DNA of 54,292 nt, from positions 1 through 54,292 of the IMG/VR virus record IMGVR_UViG_3300007517_000008; one strand, 5' to 3'. The DNA comes from a virus (taxonomy: Duplodnaviria; Caudoviricetes). Below are positions 36,530 to 46,413 of this stretch, piece by piece; position 1 is the first letter of the stretch, and every line of letters begins with the position of its first letter. The notes beneath the pieces were generated by a model that was not told where the DNA came from, ran no database searches, and was given only the letters and a program-made list of their open reading frames with translations. A program made the translations under genes and the position numbers.

Positions 36530-38545
36530 ATGACACCACAGCAACCTTTAACAAAAACTGTTTCGGTAACCGTACCATCGTCCCTATTAAAGGGCAGAGC
36601 AACTTATAAACCTTTCTTGTATCCAGAATGCTTTGATTTTTGGCTTAAACAACAACAGGCTCACTGGTTAGCAACAGAAGTTCCAATGAGCGCAGATGTT
36701 ACAGACTGGAAAACAAAGCTTTCAGATCATGAAAAAGCAGTTATTGGTGGAACCCTCAAGGGTTTTATTCAGTCTGAAATCCACGTAAGTGAGTATTGGA
36801 GTGGTAAGGTTGCTAAATGGTTCCCGCATCCAGAAATTTCTATGATGGCAGTAACGTTTGGTGCCTTTGAAAGTTTACACACGCACGCATATGCGCACCT
36901 TAACGAATCCTTGGCTATTGACGACTATGATTCTTTTCTAGCAGAACCGACTGCAAAGGCCAAAATTGATAGGCTAGTTGATGCTAATCTAGGGGCTAAT
37001 TTTACTGAGAGTAGTGAAAATAAAAAATTGATTGCAAAGTCTCTAGCAATCTTTTCTGGGTTTACAGAAGGTGTTTCGCTTTTTTCAAACTTTGCTGTCT
37101 TGTTAAACTTTTCTAGGTACAATAAACTAAAGGGAATTGGGCAAATAATTAGCTGGTCAATTCGCGACGAGTGCTACGGAGAGGGAACGGAAATTTTAAC
37201 ACCTTCTGGCTGGGTTGACTTGTCAAAAATATCAACAAGTGATATCGTTGCTCAATACAATATGGAAGATGGCCAGATTAACTTTGTTAACCCTTCTAGG
37301 GTTGTAGAACAAGACTATAATGGCGAAATGATTCGTTTCTCAGGAGAGAAATTAGCCTTTAATGCCTTGACAACCCCCAATCATGACATGATTTCAAAAT
37401 GGGAGCATCAAAAATCTTGGAGTAAGCAGAAGTCAAAAGATTTAAACATTAACACCAAGAGAAAAATTCCTGTCTCAGGAGGAAGTATTGGAGAAAAAAC
37501 CTCGGTAACAAGCATCGAACAATTCAGAATAATGACTCAAGCAGATGGACATATATCCAAAAGATATACTGGTGTCCGCTCAAAAACAATTCCAGTTAAA
37601 TTTTCTTTTGCTAAAGAAAGAAAAATTGAAAGATTTAGAAAAATTGTTAAAGATTGCGGCTTTAGTTTTACAGAAACTCAAAGAGTGGCAGTTAAAAACA
37701 AAAAAGATCAAAAACTTTTCTCTGTCAACGTTCCTGTAAGTCTTGGAATTGACAAGACTTTTGATTGGATTGATTTGTCTAAAATTTCAACTTCCTGGGT
37801 AGAAGAATTTGTTTTTGAGATAGCGCAGTGGGATGGTCACACGCCGAATTCTAAAAATTCTGGGAATTACACATATTATTCTTGTGTTGATGAAAAAAAT
37901 GTTGACAAGGTGCAAGCTGTATGTTCTCTTGGAAATTATTGGGCTACAAAATCAATACAAGTTGATGATAGATCAAATGCATTTTCCGATGTTCACAGGC
38001 TTTTCATTCATAAAATGAATGAAAAAAGATTAGGTTCTACTAAAAAAACGACAGAACAATATGAAGGTAAAGTTCGCTGCGTTACAGTACCAAGTGGCGC
38101 TATTGTTGTAAGGTACCAAGATTCAGTCTTCATTGCTGGTAATTGCGTACATTCTTCTGCTGGTTGTTGGTTGTTCCGTAAATTTATTCAAGAAAACCAA
38201 GAAATTTGGGATGATGAACTTAAGAAAGAAATTTACCAAGCAGCCCGTGACACAGTGTCACTAGAAGACGACTTTATTGATAAAGTCTTTGAGGGTGGTA
38301 TTTTAGAAGGTCTTGATCCAAAAGACCTTAAAGTTTTCATCCGTTCCAGGGCAAATCAAAAACTTGGTGAGCTTGGAATGAAAATGAACTGGAAGAATCT
38401 TGACCAAGAAGCTTTAAAGCGAATGGAATGGTTTGACTTTTTGGCGGCAGGGGTAGAACATACTGACTTCTTCAACCAACGCGTATCGTCTTACTCAAAA
38501 GGTGTTGTTACTTTTGATGATGACATTTTTGGCGACGAAGATTGA
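36530..38545 (+). CDS. nrdB: Ribonucleotide reductase class I beta subunit containing an intein
   Basis: YKPFLYP, HW..EV, ESLHTHAY, FTEGVSLFSNF, WSIRDE|intein|CVH, HTDFF..RV..Y.K. Confidence 0.93.
   Translation: MTPQQPLTKTVSVTVPSSLLKGRATYKPFLYPECFDFWLKQQQAHWLATEVPMSADVTDWKTKLSDHEKAVIGGTLKGFIQSEIHVSEYWSGKVAKWFPHPEISMMAVTFGAFESLHTHAYAHLNESLAIDDYDSFLAEPTAKAKIDRLVDANLGANFTESSENKKLIAKSLAIFSGFTEGVSLFSNFAVLLNFSRYNKLKGIGQIISWSIRDECYGEGTEILTPSGWVDLSKISTSDIVAQYNMEDGQINFVNPSRVVEQDYNGEMIRFSGEKLAFNALTTPNHDMISKWEHQKSWSKQKSKDLNINTKRKIPVSGGSIGEKTSVTSIEQFRIMTQADGHISKRYTGVRSKTIPVKFSFAKERKIERFRKIVKDCGFSFTETQRVAVKNKKDQKLFSVNVPVSLGIDKTFDWIDLSKISTSWVEEFVFEIAQWDGHTPNSKNSGNYTYYSCVDEKNVDKVQAVCSLGNYWATKSIQVDDRSNAFSDVHRLFIHKMNEKRLGSTKKTTEQYEGKVRCVTVPSGAIVVRYQDSVFIAGNCVHSSAGCWLFRKFIQENQEIWDDELKKEIYQAARDTVSLEDDFIDKVFEGGILEGLDPKDLKVFIRSRANQKLGELGMKMNWKNLDQEALKRMEWFDFLAAGVEHTDFFNQRVSSYSKGVVTFDDDIFGDED
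37172..38143 (+). mobile_element. Intein (324 aa) in NrdB with LAGLIDADG-like endonuclease domain
   Basis: RDE|CYGEGTEILT...TTPNHDM...VRCVTVPSG...FIAGN|CVH. Internal motifs IMTQADG and IAQWDG. Confidence 0.9.
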
Positions 38546-38567
38546 AATTAACCCTAAAGAGAGAAAT

Positions 38568-40274
38568 ATGAATTTAAATGAACTAAAATTATCAGGAGAC
38601 GCGCCTGAGTGGATGACGGACGAAGGATTTAAAACTCTTTCAGGAAGTTATCTATTGAAAGATGAAACACCAAAAGACATGTACTTGCGGGTTGCAAACG
38701 CAAGTGCAGGCAGACTTAAAAAACCAGAAATGGCTGCAAAATTTTTTGATATCATGTGGAAAAACTGGCTTGGACCAGCATCACCAGTTCTGTCAAACAC
38801 AGGAACAACCAGGGGATTACCAATTTCCTGTTTCTCAAATTCCATTTCGGATAGTGTTGATGGAATCATGACTTCGATGCATGAAGTAGCAATGTTAAGT
38901 AAAAATGGTGGCGGCGTAGGAACTCACTGGAATGCAGTAAGACCAAGGAAATCTAAGATTTCTCAAAATGGTGAATCTGACGGTGTGATTCCTTTTATGA
39001 AAATCCTTGACTCTACCGTGACTGGTGTTTCACAGGGTGGTGTTCGTAGAGGTGCTGCTGCTGCTTATCTCGATATTGAACATGGTGACTTTGATGAATT
39101 CATCAATATGAGAAAGCCCACCGGAGATCCAAATCGCCAGTGCACAAATCTACATCACTCCGTTTGTATTTCTGATTCATTTATGGATAAGTTAAAAAAC
39201 AAGGATAAAGAAGCACGAAGGCGTTGGAAGGAAGTTCTTAAGGCTAGGCTTGAAACTGGCGAACCCTACATGTTTTTCACAGACAATGTAAATCGTCAGA
39301 ATCCAGATTGCTATAAAGACAAAGGTCTTCTTGTGCAAGGTTCAAACATTTGCAATGAAATTTACTTACACACAGACGCTTCTCACACGTTCGTTTGTTG
39401 CTTGTCCTCTGTGAATTTAGCAAGGTGGGATGAATGGAAGGACACAGATCTTGTTGAACTTTCAATCTGGTTCCTAGACGGAATTATGCAAGAGTTTATC
39501 GATCGTGCAAAAGACCTTCCAGGTTTTGCAAATTCCGTAAGATTCGCTGAGAAGTCCCGCGCACTTGGGCTTGGAGTTCTCGGGTTTCATACTCTTCTTC
39601 AGTCCAAAAACATGGCTTTTGACTCAATGGAAGCTTATCTTTTGAACAACAGTATCTTTAAAAATATTAGAACAAAAGCGGATGCAGCCACAAAAGAACT
39701 AGCAGAAGTTTATGGCGAACCTGAATGGTGCAAAGGTCACGGTAGACGAAACACGCACACCTTGGCAGTCGCTCCAACCGTAAGCAACTCTATTATCTCT
39801 GGAGGTCATTCTTCGGGCATTGAACCAATAACTGCTAACGCATATGTTTTGAAGAGCGCTAAGGGAACGTTTATTAGAAAAAATAAACAACTTGAAGACC
39901 TATTGATTGATTTAAACAAAAACACTGATGACATTTGGAAGACAATTGCTACAGAAAATCAAGGAAGCGTTTCTCATCTTGACTTCTTGACAAAAGAACA
40001 AAAGGCTGTGTTCGAAACTGCAAGAGAAATTAATCAATATTCTATTGTGAAGCTTGCCGCTGCGCGTCAAAAGTATATTGACCAAGGACAGTCAATAAAT
40101 CTTTTCTTCCCAGCTAACGTAGATGCAAAATACTTCAATGCAGTTCATATGGAAGCTTTCAAGTCAAACTTGAAAGGTCTATACTACTGTCGTTCAGCAA
40201 GCGTGCTTAAATCTGATTCTGGATCGAAAGAATACAAGAGAGAGCTTTCAGAGTGTACTTTCTGTGAGGGATAA
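38568..40274 (+). CDS. nrdA: Ribonucleotide reductase class I alpha subunit, compact, no ATP cone evident
   Basis: ASPVLSN, PISCF, GGGVG, QGGVRRGA, SNICNEI, CCLSSVNL, APTVSNS, DQGQSINL, LYY, C-terminal CTFCEG. ATG 38568 is preferred over the ORF-track TTG. Confidence 0.95.
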   Translation: MNLNELKLSGDAPEWMTDEGFKTLSGSYLLKDETPKDMYLRVANASAGRLKKPEMAAKFFDIMWKNWLGPASPVLSNTGTTRGLPISCFSNSISDSVDGIMTSMHEVAMLSKNGGGVGTHWNAVRPRKSKISQNGESDGVIPFMKILDSTVTGVSQGGVRRGAAAAYLDIEHGDFDEFINMRKPTGDPNRQCTNLHHSVCISDSFMDKLKNKDKEARRRWKEVLKARLETGEPYMFFTDNVNRQNPDCYKDKGLLVQGSNICNEIYLHTDASHTFVCCLSSVNLARWDEWKDTDLVELSIWFLDGIMQEFIDRAKDLPGFANSVRFAEKSRALGLGVLGFHTLLQSKNMAFDSMEAYLLNNSIFKNIRTKADAATKELAEVYGEPEWCKGHGRRNTHTLAVAPTVSNSIISGGHSSGIEPITANAYVLKSAKGTFIRKNKQLEDLLIDLNKNTDDIWKTIATENQGSVSHLDFLTKEQKAVFETAREINQYSIVKLAAARQKYIDQGQSINLFFPANVDAKYFNAVHMEAFKSNLKGLYYCRSASVLKSDSGSKEYKRELSECTFCEG

Positions 40275-40296
40275 GTAATTTGCCCTATTTACTCAG

Positions 40297-40752
40297 ATGC
40301 AAGATGTAAAAATAAGATTTGAAAAACGACCAGCAGACTCCAGTTTGCGACTTTTGAAAGATTTCATTACGTTTTGTCAAAAAAAATTGATCCTGAAGTC
40401 ATTCCCTTCTCTAATTTTCTACTCCAAGAAAGCAGAAGGGATGACAACGGGATCATTTGATATTGATGGTAACGAAATTCATGTTCTTTTATCAAATCGT
40501 CTTGTGGTTGACGTGCTTCGTACGGTCGCGCACGAACTTGTTCATGCCAAGCAAAAAGAAACTGGGATGTTAGATATTGAACTTCCTAAGATTGACCCAA
40601 ACGATATCCTTGGAGATATCAACACACCTTATGAGAATGAAGCCTATGAAAAAGCCGGGAACTTTGTTAAAGAATTTTGCAGGCTTTACACAGGTATGTC
40701 AAAAGAAGACTTGTATTCTATTAAAGAAAGTAAAAATATAAGAAAATCTTGA
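40297..40752 (+). CDS. Zincin-like HExxH protein
   Basis: 'DVLRTVAHELVHAKQ...PYENEA'. Preceded by TATTTA. Confidence 0.7.
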   Translation: MQDVKIRFEKRPADSSLRLLKDFITFCQKKLILKSFPSLIFYSKKAEGMTTGSFDIDGNEIHVLLSNRLVVDVLRTVAHELVHAKQKETGMLDIELPKIDPNDILGDINTPYENEAYEKAGNFVKEFCRLYTGMSKEDLYSIKESKNIRKS

Positions 40753-40777
40753 CTTTTCCTGTAAAAACAAGTAAGAT
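40749..40777 (+). promoter_or_regulatory. sigma70-like promoter, near-leaderless
   Basis: TTGACT-N17-TAAGAT with ATG 8 nt downstream. Confidence 0.65.
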
Positions 40778-40785
40778 TAAAGGTT

Positions 40786-42708
40786 ATGACGTCATGCATT
40801 TGCTTGCCTCAAACACTTGAGAAAAAACACAAATTACCAAAAATTGAATCACCTGGACCGGACATTTCAAAGAGAGAAATGTCCGAACTTGCTGCTGGAC
40901 GTAAGTTTTCATTTAATCTTCTTCCACAAGACCCAACCAAAGAGTGGATGACAATTGAGGTTGTTGATGGAAAACACAAGAAGAATATAATCGAAATATT
41001 CGATGGCTTGTATTCAAAGAAAGTTTGCAATTGCGATCAGTTCTTTGAAGAAGAATCAGGTTGGTGCAGACACCTGGCAGCTTTTGACGGGCTTGAGAAA
41101 CAGGGTTGGAATGAACAATATGCAGATGTCTCTGCCTTTAAGAAAGCTTTGTCTTTTGCAAGAGTGCAAATTCCGATGTCTATAAGACTTTATAGAAAAG
41201 GCGCTCTTTTCTGGGATCCGCACCAAGGATCTCAAGTTGTAATTGGCAAGATTCCCGCCATTACAGAAAACTGGAAAGCTTACGCTGCCTGGAATACAAA
41301 GAAAGTTTCCCTAAAAATCAAAGCACCAAAAGTTTTTTCCTCGGCAGGACTATTGAACAATCTAACCTTGTTTGACTATCAGGAAGTAATCTTTCAAAAG
41401 ATGCTCAATGCAAAACGATCTATTTGTTCAATTGTAGTTGGTGGAGGCAAAACTCTGCTCTCTATTGCTTGTTATGCTCACCTAAAAACAGTCAAAAAAG
41501 ACGCAACAATGCTTGTCATTGCACCAAAATCTTTGTGCATTCAGTGGTCCTCTGAAATCAAGAGAGCTACTGGACTTACTGCACTTTTAATTGACAAGCC
41601 AGATAAGTTTGAAAAACTCAAGACTGAGCCTGGCCCTTTTATTGTAACTTACCAATACGCTACAAAATATATCGATATTCTCAAAAAGATAAAGTTCGAC
41701 ATGGTTATCGTGGATGAGATTCAGTTCGTTAAGAACGGTGACACTAAAACTTGGAAAGGTATTTCTCAAATCAAGTCAGAATATTTCTATGGTTTATCTG
41801 GAACCGTAATTGAAAACCGTCTTGATGACTTGTATTCGATTATGCAAATTGTCAATCCTTTGGCTGTTGGCGCAAGGTGGAAGTTTAATTTAAAGTATCA
41901 AAATATTACTTCTTCTACAAAAACAAAAATTATTTACTCGGGCGTTAAAAATCTTGAAAAACTCAAAGAACAGCTCAAAGATTATATCTTTTTTTATAAT
42001 TCCTTAAAGCTTCCAGGTATCACTCACACAAAAATTGTAGTAACAATGAATGAAAAGCAAAAGGCACTTCATGAGCAAAATTATGAACAAGCAAAAATAC
42101 TGATTGCAAAGTCAATGAGTGGTTCACTTACCTTTGGCGAAAAAGCAGCTCTACAAGGTTATCTTTTGAAAACAAGACAGGCAGCACAATCCGAAGAACT
42201 TGTGGACAAAGTTCCTCCAACAGTTATTCCTCCTTTGTCGAATAAAATGAAAGAGTTTGAAACCCTCCTAAAGAAAATTTGCATAAACGATAAAGAAAAA
42301 ATTGTAGTCTTTTCTGAGTGGACGAGGCATCTAAAGATCGCCAAGAGAGTTGCAGATTCTCTTGGAATAAAATATGTGTTCTTCACTGGAGAAGAGTCTG
42401 CAAAAAAGCGCGATGAAAATGTAACGTTGTTTAAAACCGACCCTGATATTCAGATATTCTTCTCTTCGGACGCTGGTGGCGTTGGGCTTGACGGGCTACA
42501 GGTGGTCGCCAATAATGTGGTACACATTGAACTACCCTGGAACCCTTCAAAACTTGACCAGCGCACAGGTAGAGTCCACAGGTTTCTACAAACGAAGCCA
42601 GTTAACGCTTTTTATATCATGTGTAAGGAAAGTATAGAGGATAAAATAGACGCACTTCTTGATGAAAAGCGTGAGACAAGACAAATAACTCTTTCTTGCT
42701 TCTTATAA
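40786..42708 (+). CDS. SWIM zinc finger plus SNF2-family helicase
   Basis: CNC...WCRH (SWIM), GGGKT, DEIQ, LSGT.IEN..DDLYS, VFSEW, GGVGL, PWNP...QRTGRVHR. Confidence 0.9.
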   Translation: MTSCICLPQTLEKKHKLPKIESPGPDISKREMSELAAGRKFSFNLLPQDPTKEWMTIEVVDGKHKKNIIEIFDGLYSKKVCNCDQFFEEESGWCRHLAAFDGLEKQGWNEQYADVSAFKKALSFARVQIPMSIRLYRKGALFWDPHQGSQVVIGKIPAITENWKAYAAWNTKKVSLKIKAPKVFSSAGLLNNLTLFDYQEVIFQKMLNAKRSICSIVVGGGKTLLSIACYAHLKTVKKDATMLVIAPKSLCIQWSSEIKRATGLTALLIDKPDKFEKLKTEPGPFIVTYQYATKYIDILKKIKFDMVIVDEIQFVKNGDTKTWKGISQIKSEYFYGLSGTVIENRLDDLYSIMQIVNPLAVGARWKFNLKYQNITSSTKTKIIYSGVKNLEKLKEQLKDYIFFYNSLKLPGITHTKIVVTMNEKQKALHEQNYEQAKILIAKSMSGSLTFGEKAALQGYLLKTRQAAQSEELVDKVPPTVIPPLSNKMKEFETLLKKICINDKEKIVVFSEWTRHLKIAKRVADSLGIKYVFFTGEESAKKRDENVTLFKTDPDIQIFFSSDAGGVGLDGLQVVANNVVHIELPWNPSKLDQRTGRVHRFLQTKPVNAFYIMCKESIEDKIDALLDEKRETRQITLSCFL

Positions 42709-42715
42709 TAGAAAC

Positions 42716-42743
42716 TTGCTACTTTGTTGGAGTGTGCTAGGCT
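42716..42743 (+). promoter_or_regulatory. sigma70-like extended -10 promoter, leaderless
   Basis: TTGCTA-N16-TAGGCT with TG at the extended -10 position. ATG 7 nt downstream (42751). Confidence 0.55.
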
Positions 42744-42750
42744 TCCAGAT

Positions 42751-43203
42751 ATGAAGAACGTTAAAACAGAGGTAAAGGTTGATAATAGAAATTTTCTTCC
42801 TTATTTTGGTCCCAAAGGTACAAAATATGTTTGGAATAATGGAGGTCTTACCTATCTGCCAAGGATTACTACTGTGTCAGTGTTCCCATCCCCAAATTCC
42901 TACATGTGCTCGCTTGACGCCTACGTCCAGTTGCGCAGTTATGCTTACTCAGATGGCACTTTCCAGACTACCGCTACATTCTTTGACTGGCGAAATAGTT
43001 TTGTGATGAAAAAGTCGCGTAGGTATAAAAATGAACTTACGGCATTGTTGAAAGCTGAAGAGATTGCGGATTCGTGGGTAGCAACATTTCCCAAGTGGGT
43101 TATTCGCGCAGCTAAAGAGGGATGGCGTTCACCTACATTTGAGCGTCGCAAAGGATTAGGAAAAAATGTTTTGGATTTGGATAAAGGAGTAATTAGCAAA
43201 TGA
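42751..43203 (+). CDS. Hypothetical protein
   Basis: ATG 42751 (MKNVKTE...) chosen from the promoter position. The stop overlaps the next ATG (ATGA). Confidence 0.65.
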   Translation: MKNVKTEVKVDNRNFLPYFGPKGTKYVWNNGGLTYLPRITTVSVFPSPNSYMCSLDAYVQLRSYAYSDGTFQTTATFFDWRNSFVMKKSRRYKNELTALLKAEEIADSWVATFPKWVIRAAKEGWRSPTFERRKGLGKNVLDLDKGVISK

Positions 43204-43811
43204 CCAATAAAAAATACCAGGTATATCTTGACAGCGATGGAGTTTTGGCAGACTTCGACGCGGGCATCCTATCGGAAAATCCTTCCCTTCGGACCAAACA
43301 AGCCTTTCAGGATGTTTTGATTAGCTCATACTTCCAGGAATTTCTTGGTCTCGGTCACGACGAGATCAAGTCTCGCTTGGCAGGCCATCAAACAGATCCA
43401 AAAAGAAAAGAGTTCAAACGCAACTTTAATGAAATTCAGAACATTAAATATTCAATTGCAGGAGAAGCAAATTTCTTTCTGAATCTTCCAGTAATGCCAG
43501 GTGCCCATGACCTTTTCAGAGGTACTCACGCACTCACAGGTAATCTCCCGCATATTCTCACGGCACCTATCGATGGTGACGTTATGAGATGTGCCAGAGA
43601 GAAGGAACAGTGGGCCTTTAATAACTTCTCAGGTTTGTTTAATATGTTTATCTGTGAAAAGAATAAACACACTTATGCCACACCTACTTCAATCCTGATT
43701 GATGACCGCAGAAAGTATACAAATAAGTTTGCTGAGGCTGGTGGGATTGTAATTCTTTATAAGAGTGCCGAACAAGCCTTGGAGGAACTTAAGAGTATTA
43801 TTCAAGAGTAA
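43200..43811 (+). CDS. HAD-family 5'(3')-deoxyribonucleotidase-like protein
   Basis: YLDSDGVLADF, FFLNLPVMPGA, ILTAP, K..W, ILIDD, AGG. Confidence 0.85.
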   Translation: MTNKKYQVYLDSDGVLADFDAGILSENPSLRTKQAFQDVLISSYFQEFLGLGHDEIKSRLAGHQTDPKRKEFKRNFNEIQNIKYSIAGEANFFLNLPVMPGAHDLFRGTHALTGNLPHILTAPIDGDVMRCAREKEQWAFNNFSGLFNMFICEKNKHTYATPTSILIDDRRKYTNKFAEAGGIVILYKSAEQALEELKSIIQE

Positions 43812-43833
43812 GGATATTTACTAAGAGATAATA

Positions 43834-44445
43834 ATGAATCTCTTAGCAAATCTAATCTCAAGACTTATCGTAGAAGAAATAAACTTTGAAGAGTTTAAGC
43901 AATCTATTAACAAAGCTGAGTACGCAAGTAAAAACGGGAAGTACCTTGGACAAGGCTCTTCTCGTTTTGTTTTTGACCTAGAAAACGGGAATGTCCTCAA
44001 AATAGCAGACGGAAATTCTGGGTTAGTGCAAAATAAACAAGAGATAACAATTTGCAATAAATTTTGCAAGTCTGGTTTATTTGCGAAAATATTTGACTTC
44101 GACCCAAACTATGAATGGCTTGTTATGGAAAAAGTCAAAACTTGGTCAGAGGACGAATTTACAAAGATAATTGGTTTTGGAGACCAACAATTAGGAGCTT
44201 TTTTAATTCAGGCAGAAAAAAATGAACCAACCAAGGAAGGTTTTGAAGCAACAATAAAAACCTCGATGAGATGGCATTGGTTCTCGGAAGCTTATAAAAA
44301 AACAACCCCAGAAGGATTGAAGCTTTTAAATGTAGTCTTCACTCTTGCCTCAAAGTATGGAATTAATGATATTGACAGATATGATCATTTTGGAACAACA
44401 AACAGCGGAAAGATAGTGGTACTCGATTATGGCCTCAAACTCTAA
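43834..44445 (+). CDS. Protein kinase-like protein, fifth paralog (short form)
   Basis: YLGQGSSR, VLKIA, QNKQE, WLVMEKV, DIDRYDHFG, VLDYG. Leader LANLISRLIVEE. Confidence 0.85.
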   Translation: MNLLANLISRLIVEEINFEEFKQSINKAEYASKNGKYLGQGSSRFVFDLENGNVLKIADGNSGLVQNKQEITICNKFCKSGLFAKIFDFDPNYEWLVMEKVKTWSEDEFTKIIGFGDQQLGAFLIQAEKNEPTKEGFEATIKTSMRWHWFSEAYKKTTPEGLKLLNVVFTLASKYGINDIDRYDHFGTTNSGKIVVLDYGLKL

Positions 44446-44644
44446 ACATAAATTATATTCACTACTAAAAGAAATCATCGAGGAAGAAATTGCTCTTGAT
44501 GAATTTAATGCCATTGGCTCCGGGGCTGTCTCAGGCGTTGCTAGTGACAAGAAAAGTATTAACCAGACTGGCTCTCCTTTTGATATAGACATGAAGCCAC
44601 AGCAAACCAAGATTTGGTCAGGGGATAAACCTTCTTCAGCCTAA
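44429..44644 (+). CDS. Small protein with acidic leader
   Basis: KLYSLLKEIIEEEIALDEFNAIGSGAVSG. Overlaps the kinase stop. Confidence 0.65.
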   Translation: MASNSKHKLYSLLKEIIEEEIALDEFNAIGSGAVSGVASDKKSINQTGSPFDIDMKPQQTKIWSGDKPSSA

Positions 44645-44651
44645 ACAGTTC

Positions 44652-44680
44652 TTGACTGCACTACAGATCCAAGCTATATT
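44652..44680 (+). promoter_or_regulatory. sigma70-like promoter, leaderless
   Basis: TTGACT-N17-TATATT with ATG 6 nt downstream and no SD sequence. Confidence 0.7.
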
Positions 44681-44686
44681 TCACTC

Positions 44687-45058
44687 ATGATGAAAATTTT
44701 GGCTTGGATCTTATCTTTGTGGCGTTCATGGTTTAAACCAAAGTCGGTAAAAGATTTTGAAGTAGCTTGGAAAGAGATTGTTTCAGGCGATCATATTATA
44801 ATCACAATTAAAGATCCAAAAACGATTGGAATTATTAGTGAGCATAAAAACACGACATATCAAAGACTTGATGTGGAAGATATTCGTACGATGACATTAT
44901 CCGGCTATGTCATCAGGAAAGACACCGTTGCAGGTAACATCGAAATTCTTGAGTTTGATGCTCTAAAGAAGAAAAACGGAAAAATGGCATTCGTTGGGTA
45001 TTTGTTACTCAAGGAAGAAATCGCAACAATCAAAATTGTAGAGGAAGCAAAGTTATGA
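44687..45058 (+). CDS. Hypothetical protein
   Basis: 123-aa ORF with an amphipathic Trp-rich N-terminus, coupled to the next gene by ATGA. Confidence 0.7.
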   Translation: MMKILAWILSLWRSWFKPKSVKDFEVAWKEIVSGDHIIITIKDPKTIGIISEHKNTTYQRLDVEDIRTMTLSGYVIRKDTVAGNIEILEFDALKKKNGKMAFVGYLLLKEEIATIKIVEEAKL

Positions 45059-45270
45059 AATACAAAGAGAATCTTGGTTTCTACTCAGAAGGTAGAGTTG
45101 TTATTGGCACCAGAGATGGTTTGCTGCGTCTCCAGAAGGCCCTAAATAAAGCCATCTCAAGTGCTCGACCTTGCAAGGTTGATTATTTGGTTGAGGAAAA
45201 TTTTGGAAAAGAATACTTTGGCAAGATCGTAATGGTCGAAAGTCTCCCAATTGATGGAGACGACACATGA
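45055..45270 (+). CDS. Hypothetical protein
   Basis: 71-aa ORF with ATGA overlaps at both ends. Confidence 0.65.
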   Translation: MKYKENLGFYSEGRVVIGTRDGLLRLQKALNKAISSARPCKVDYLVEENFGKEYFGKIVMVESLPIDGDDT

Positions 45271-45710
45271 TTAAAATACGAAGTCGATCAAACTTTTTAC
45301 TCAGATTAGAAGCACTAGAAAAAGAATCGGATTATTGGCACACCGATCCAAAAGATTTTATCGAAGAAGTCTTGAATTTCGTAGATAACGCAGTAAATAA
45401 AACAGGACTGCCATTTCCAGCTATCTTCTTAGAAGATGATTATAATGGAGTTTTAATAGACTGGTATTTTTACAATGATTCTTCTTACAGTGATTCTTTT
45501 ATGAGTATTGATATAACAATACTCAAAGAAAATAATATTGTAAAAATGGCTTGTTTATATAATCAAAAATTAGAAACTCTTCAAAAAGATGCAAACAAGG
45601 AAGAATTGCTTGAAGAATTCTTATCATTTTTTGATAAAATAAAGCAAGTCACGGAAATTAAACAAAGGTTTTATGACAAACATGACAAACATGGCAAACA
45701 CGACAATTAA
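45267..45710 (+). CDS. Hypothetical protein
   Basis: 147-aa AT-rich ORF with RBS GGAG. Confidence 0.65.
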   Translation: MIKIRSRSNFLLRLEALEKESDYWHTDPKDFIEEVLNFVDNAVNKTGLPFPAIFLEDDYNGVLIDWYFYNDSSYSDSFMSIDITILKENNIVKMACLYNQKLETLQKDANKEELLEEFLSFFDKIKQVTEIKQRFYDKHDKHGKHDN

Positions 45711-46413
45711 TTTATATGGAGATGGCATTGGATCAGTTTCTCTTGTTGAGAGTATGGGGACAGATTTAACTATCGTAAACTCTGCAAGAGTTAGCTTTGG
45801 TGGTCACAAAGATACTCTTGACGATAAAGATAAAAAATTAATCAGATATCTGATTAAACATAACCACACCTCAACTCTGGAACACTGCTCAGTTACTTTC
45901 AGAATCAAGGTTCCTCTCTACGTGAGGTCGCAACACCACAGACACCGCACGTGGGCTTATAATGAAATTTCCCGTAGATACACCCAGGAAAATCTTGAGT
46001 TCTTCTCGCCGAAATTGTTTCGAACTCAGCACGTCAGCAATAGGCAGGCCAGTAACTCTAACGACCTGGTTGACCCGACGATCTTTGTTTACCTGAGCAA
46101 TGAAGATTGCGAACAGTTTCCTAAGCAAGCCTCGGAGTTAATGGCAGAGCACCACGCAGAGTCTGTGTTTCTCTATAACAAACTCATTCTTGCTGGAGTG
46201 TGTAGGGAGCAAGCAAGAGGAGTCTTGCCGCAGAATCTTTATACAGAATATTATGCAACTGCTAACCTAAACAACATCTTGAAATTTATTGGCCTTAGAA
46301 CTCACGAAGGCGCCCAAGAGGAGATTCAGGTAGTCGCCAAGGCCATGCTGAAAATCCTTGAAGACCTCTACCCAGAAACAATCAAGGCGTACCAGGAAGT
46401 GCACGTAAAATGA
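45673..46413 (+). CDS. thyX: FAD-dependent thymidylate synthase
   Basis: ARVSF, HTSTLEH, QHHRHR...NEISRRY, REQARGVLP, LR...AQEEI. The exact start (45673, 45682 or 45691) is uncertain. Confidence 0.95.
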   Translation: MTNMTNMANTTINLYGDGIGSVSLVESMGTDLTIVNSARVSFGGHKDTLDDKDKKLIRYLIKHNHTSTLEHCSVTFRIKVPLYVRSQHHRHRTWAYNEISRRYTQENLEFFSPKLFRTQHVSNRQASNSNDLVDPTIFVYLSNEDCEQFPKQASELMAEHHAESVFLYNKLILAGVCREQARGVLPQNLYTEYYATANLNNILKFIGLRTHEGAQEEIQVVAKAMLKILEDLYPETIKAYQEVHVK

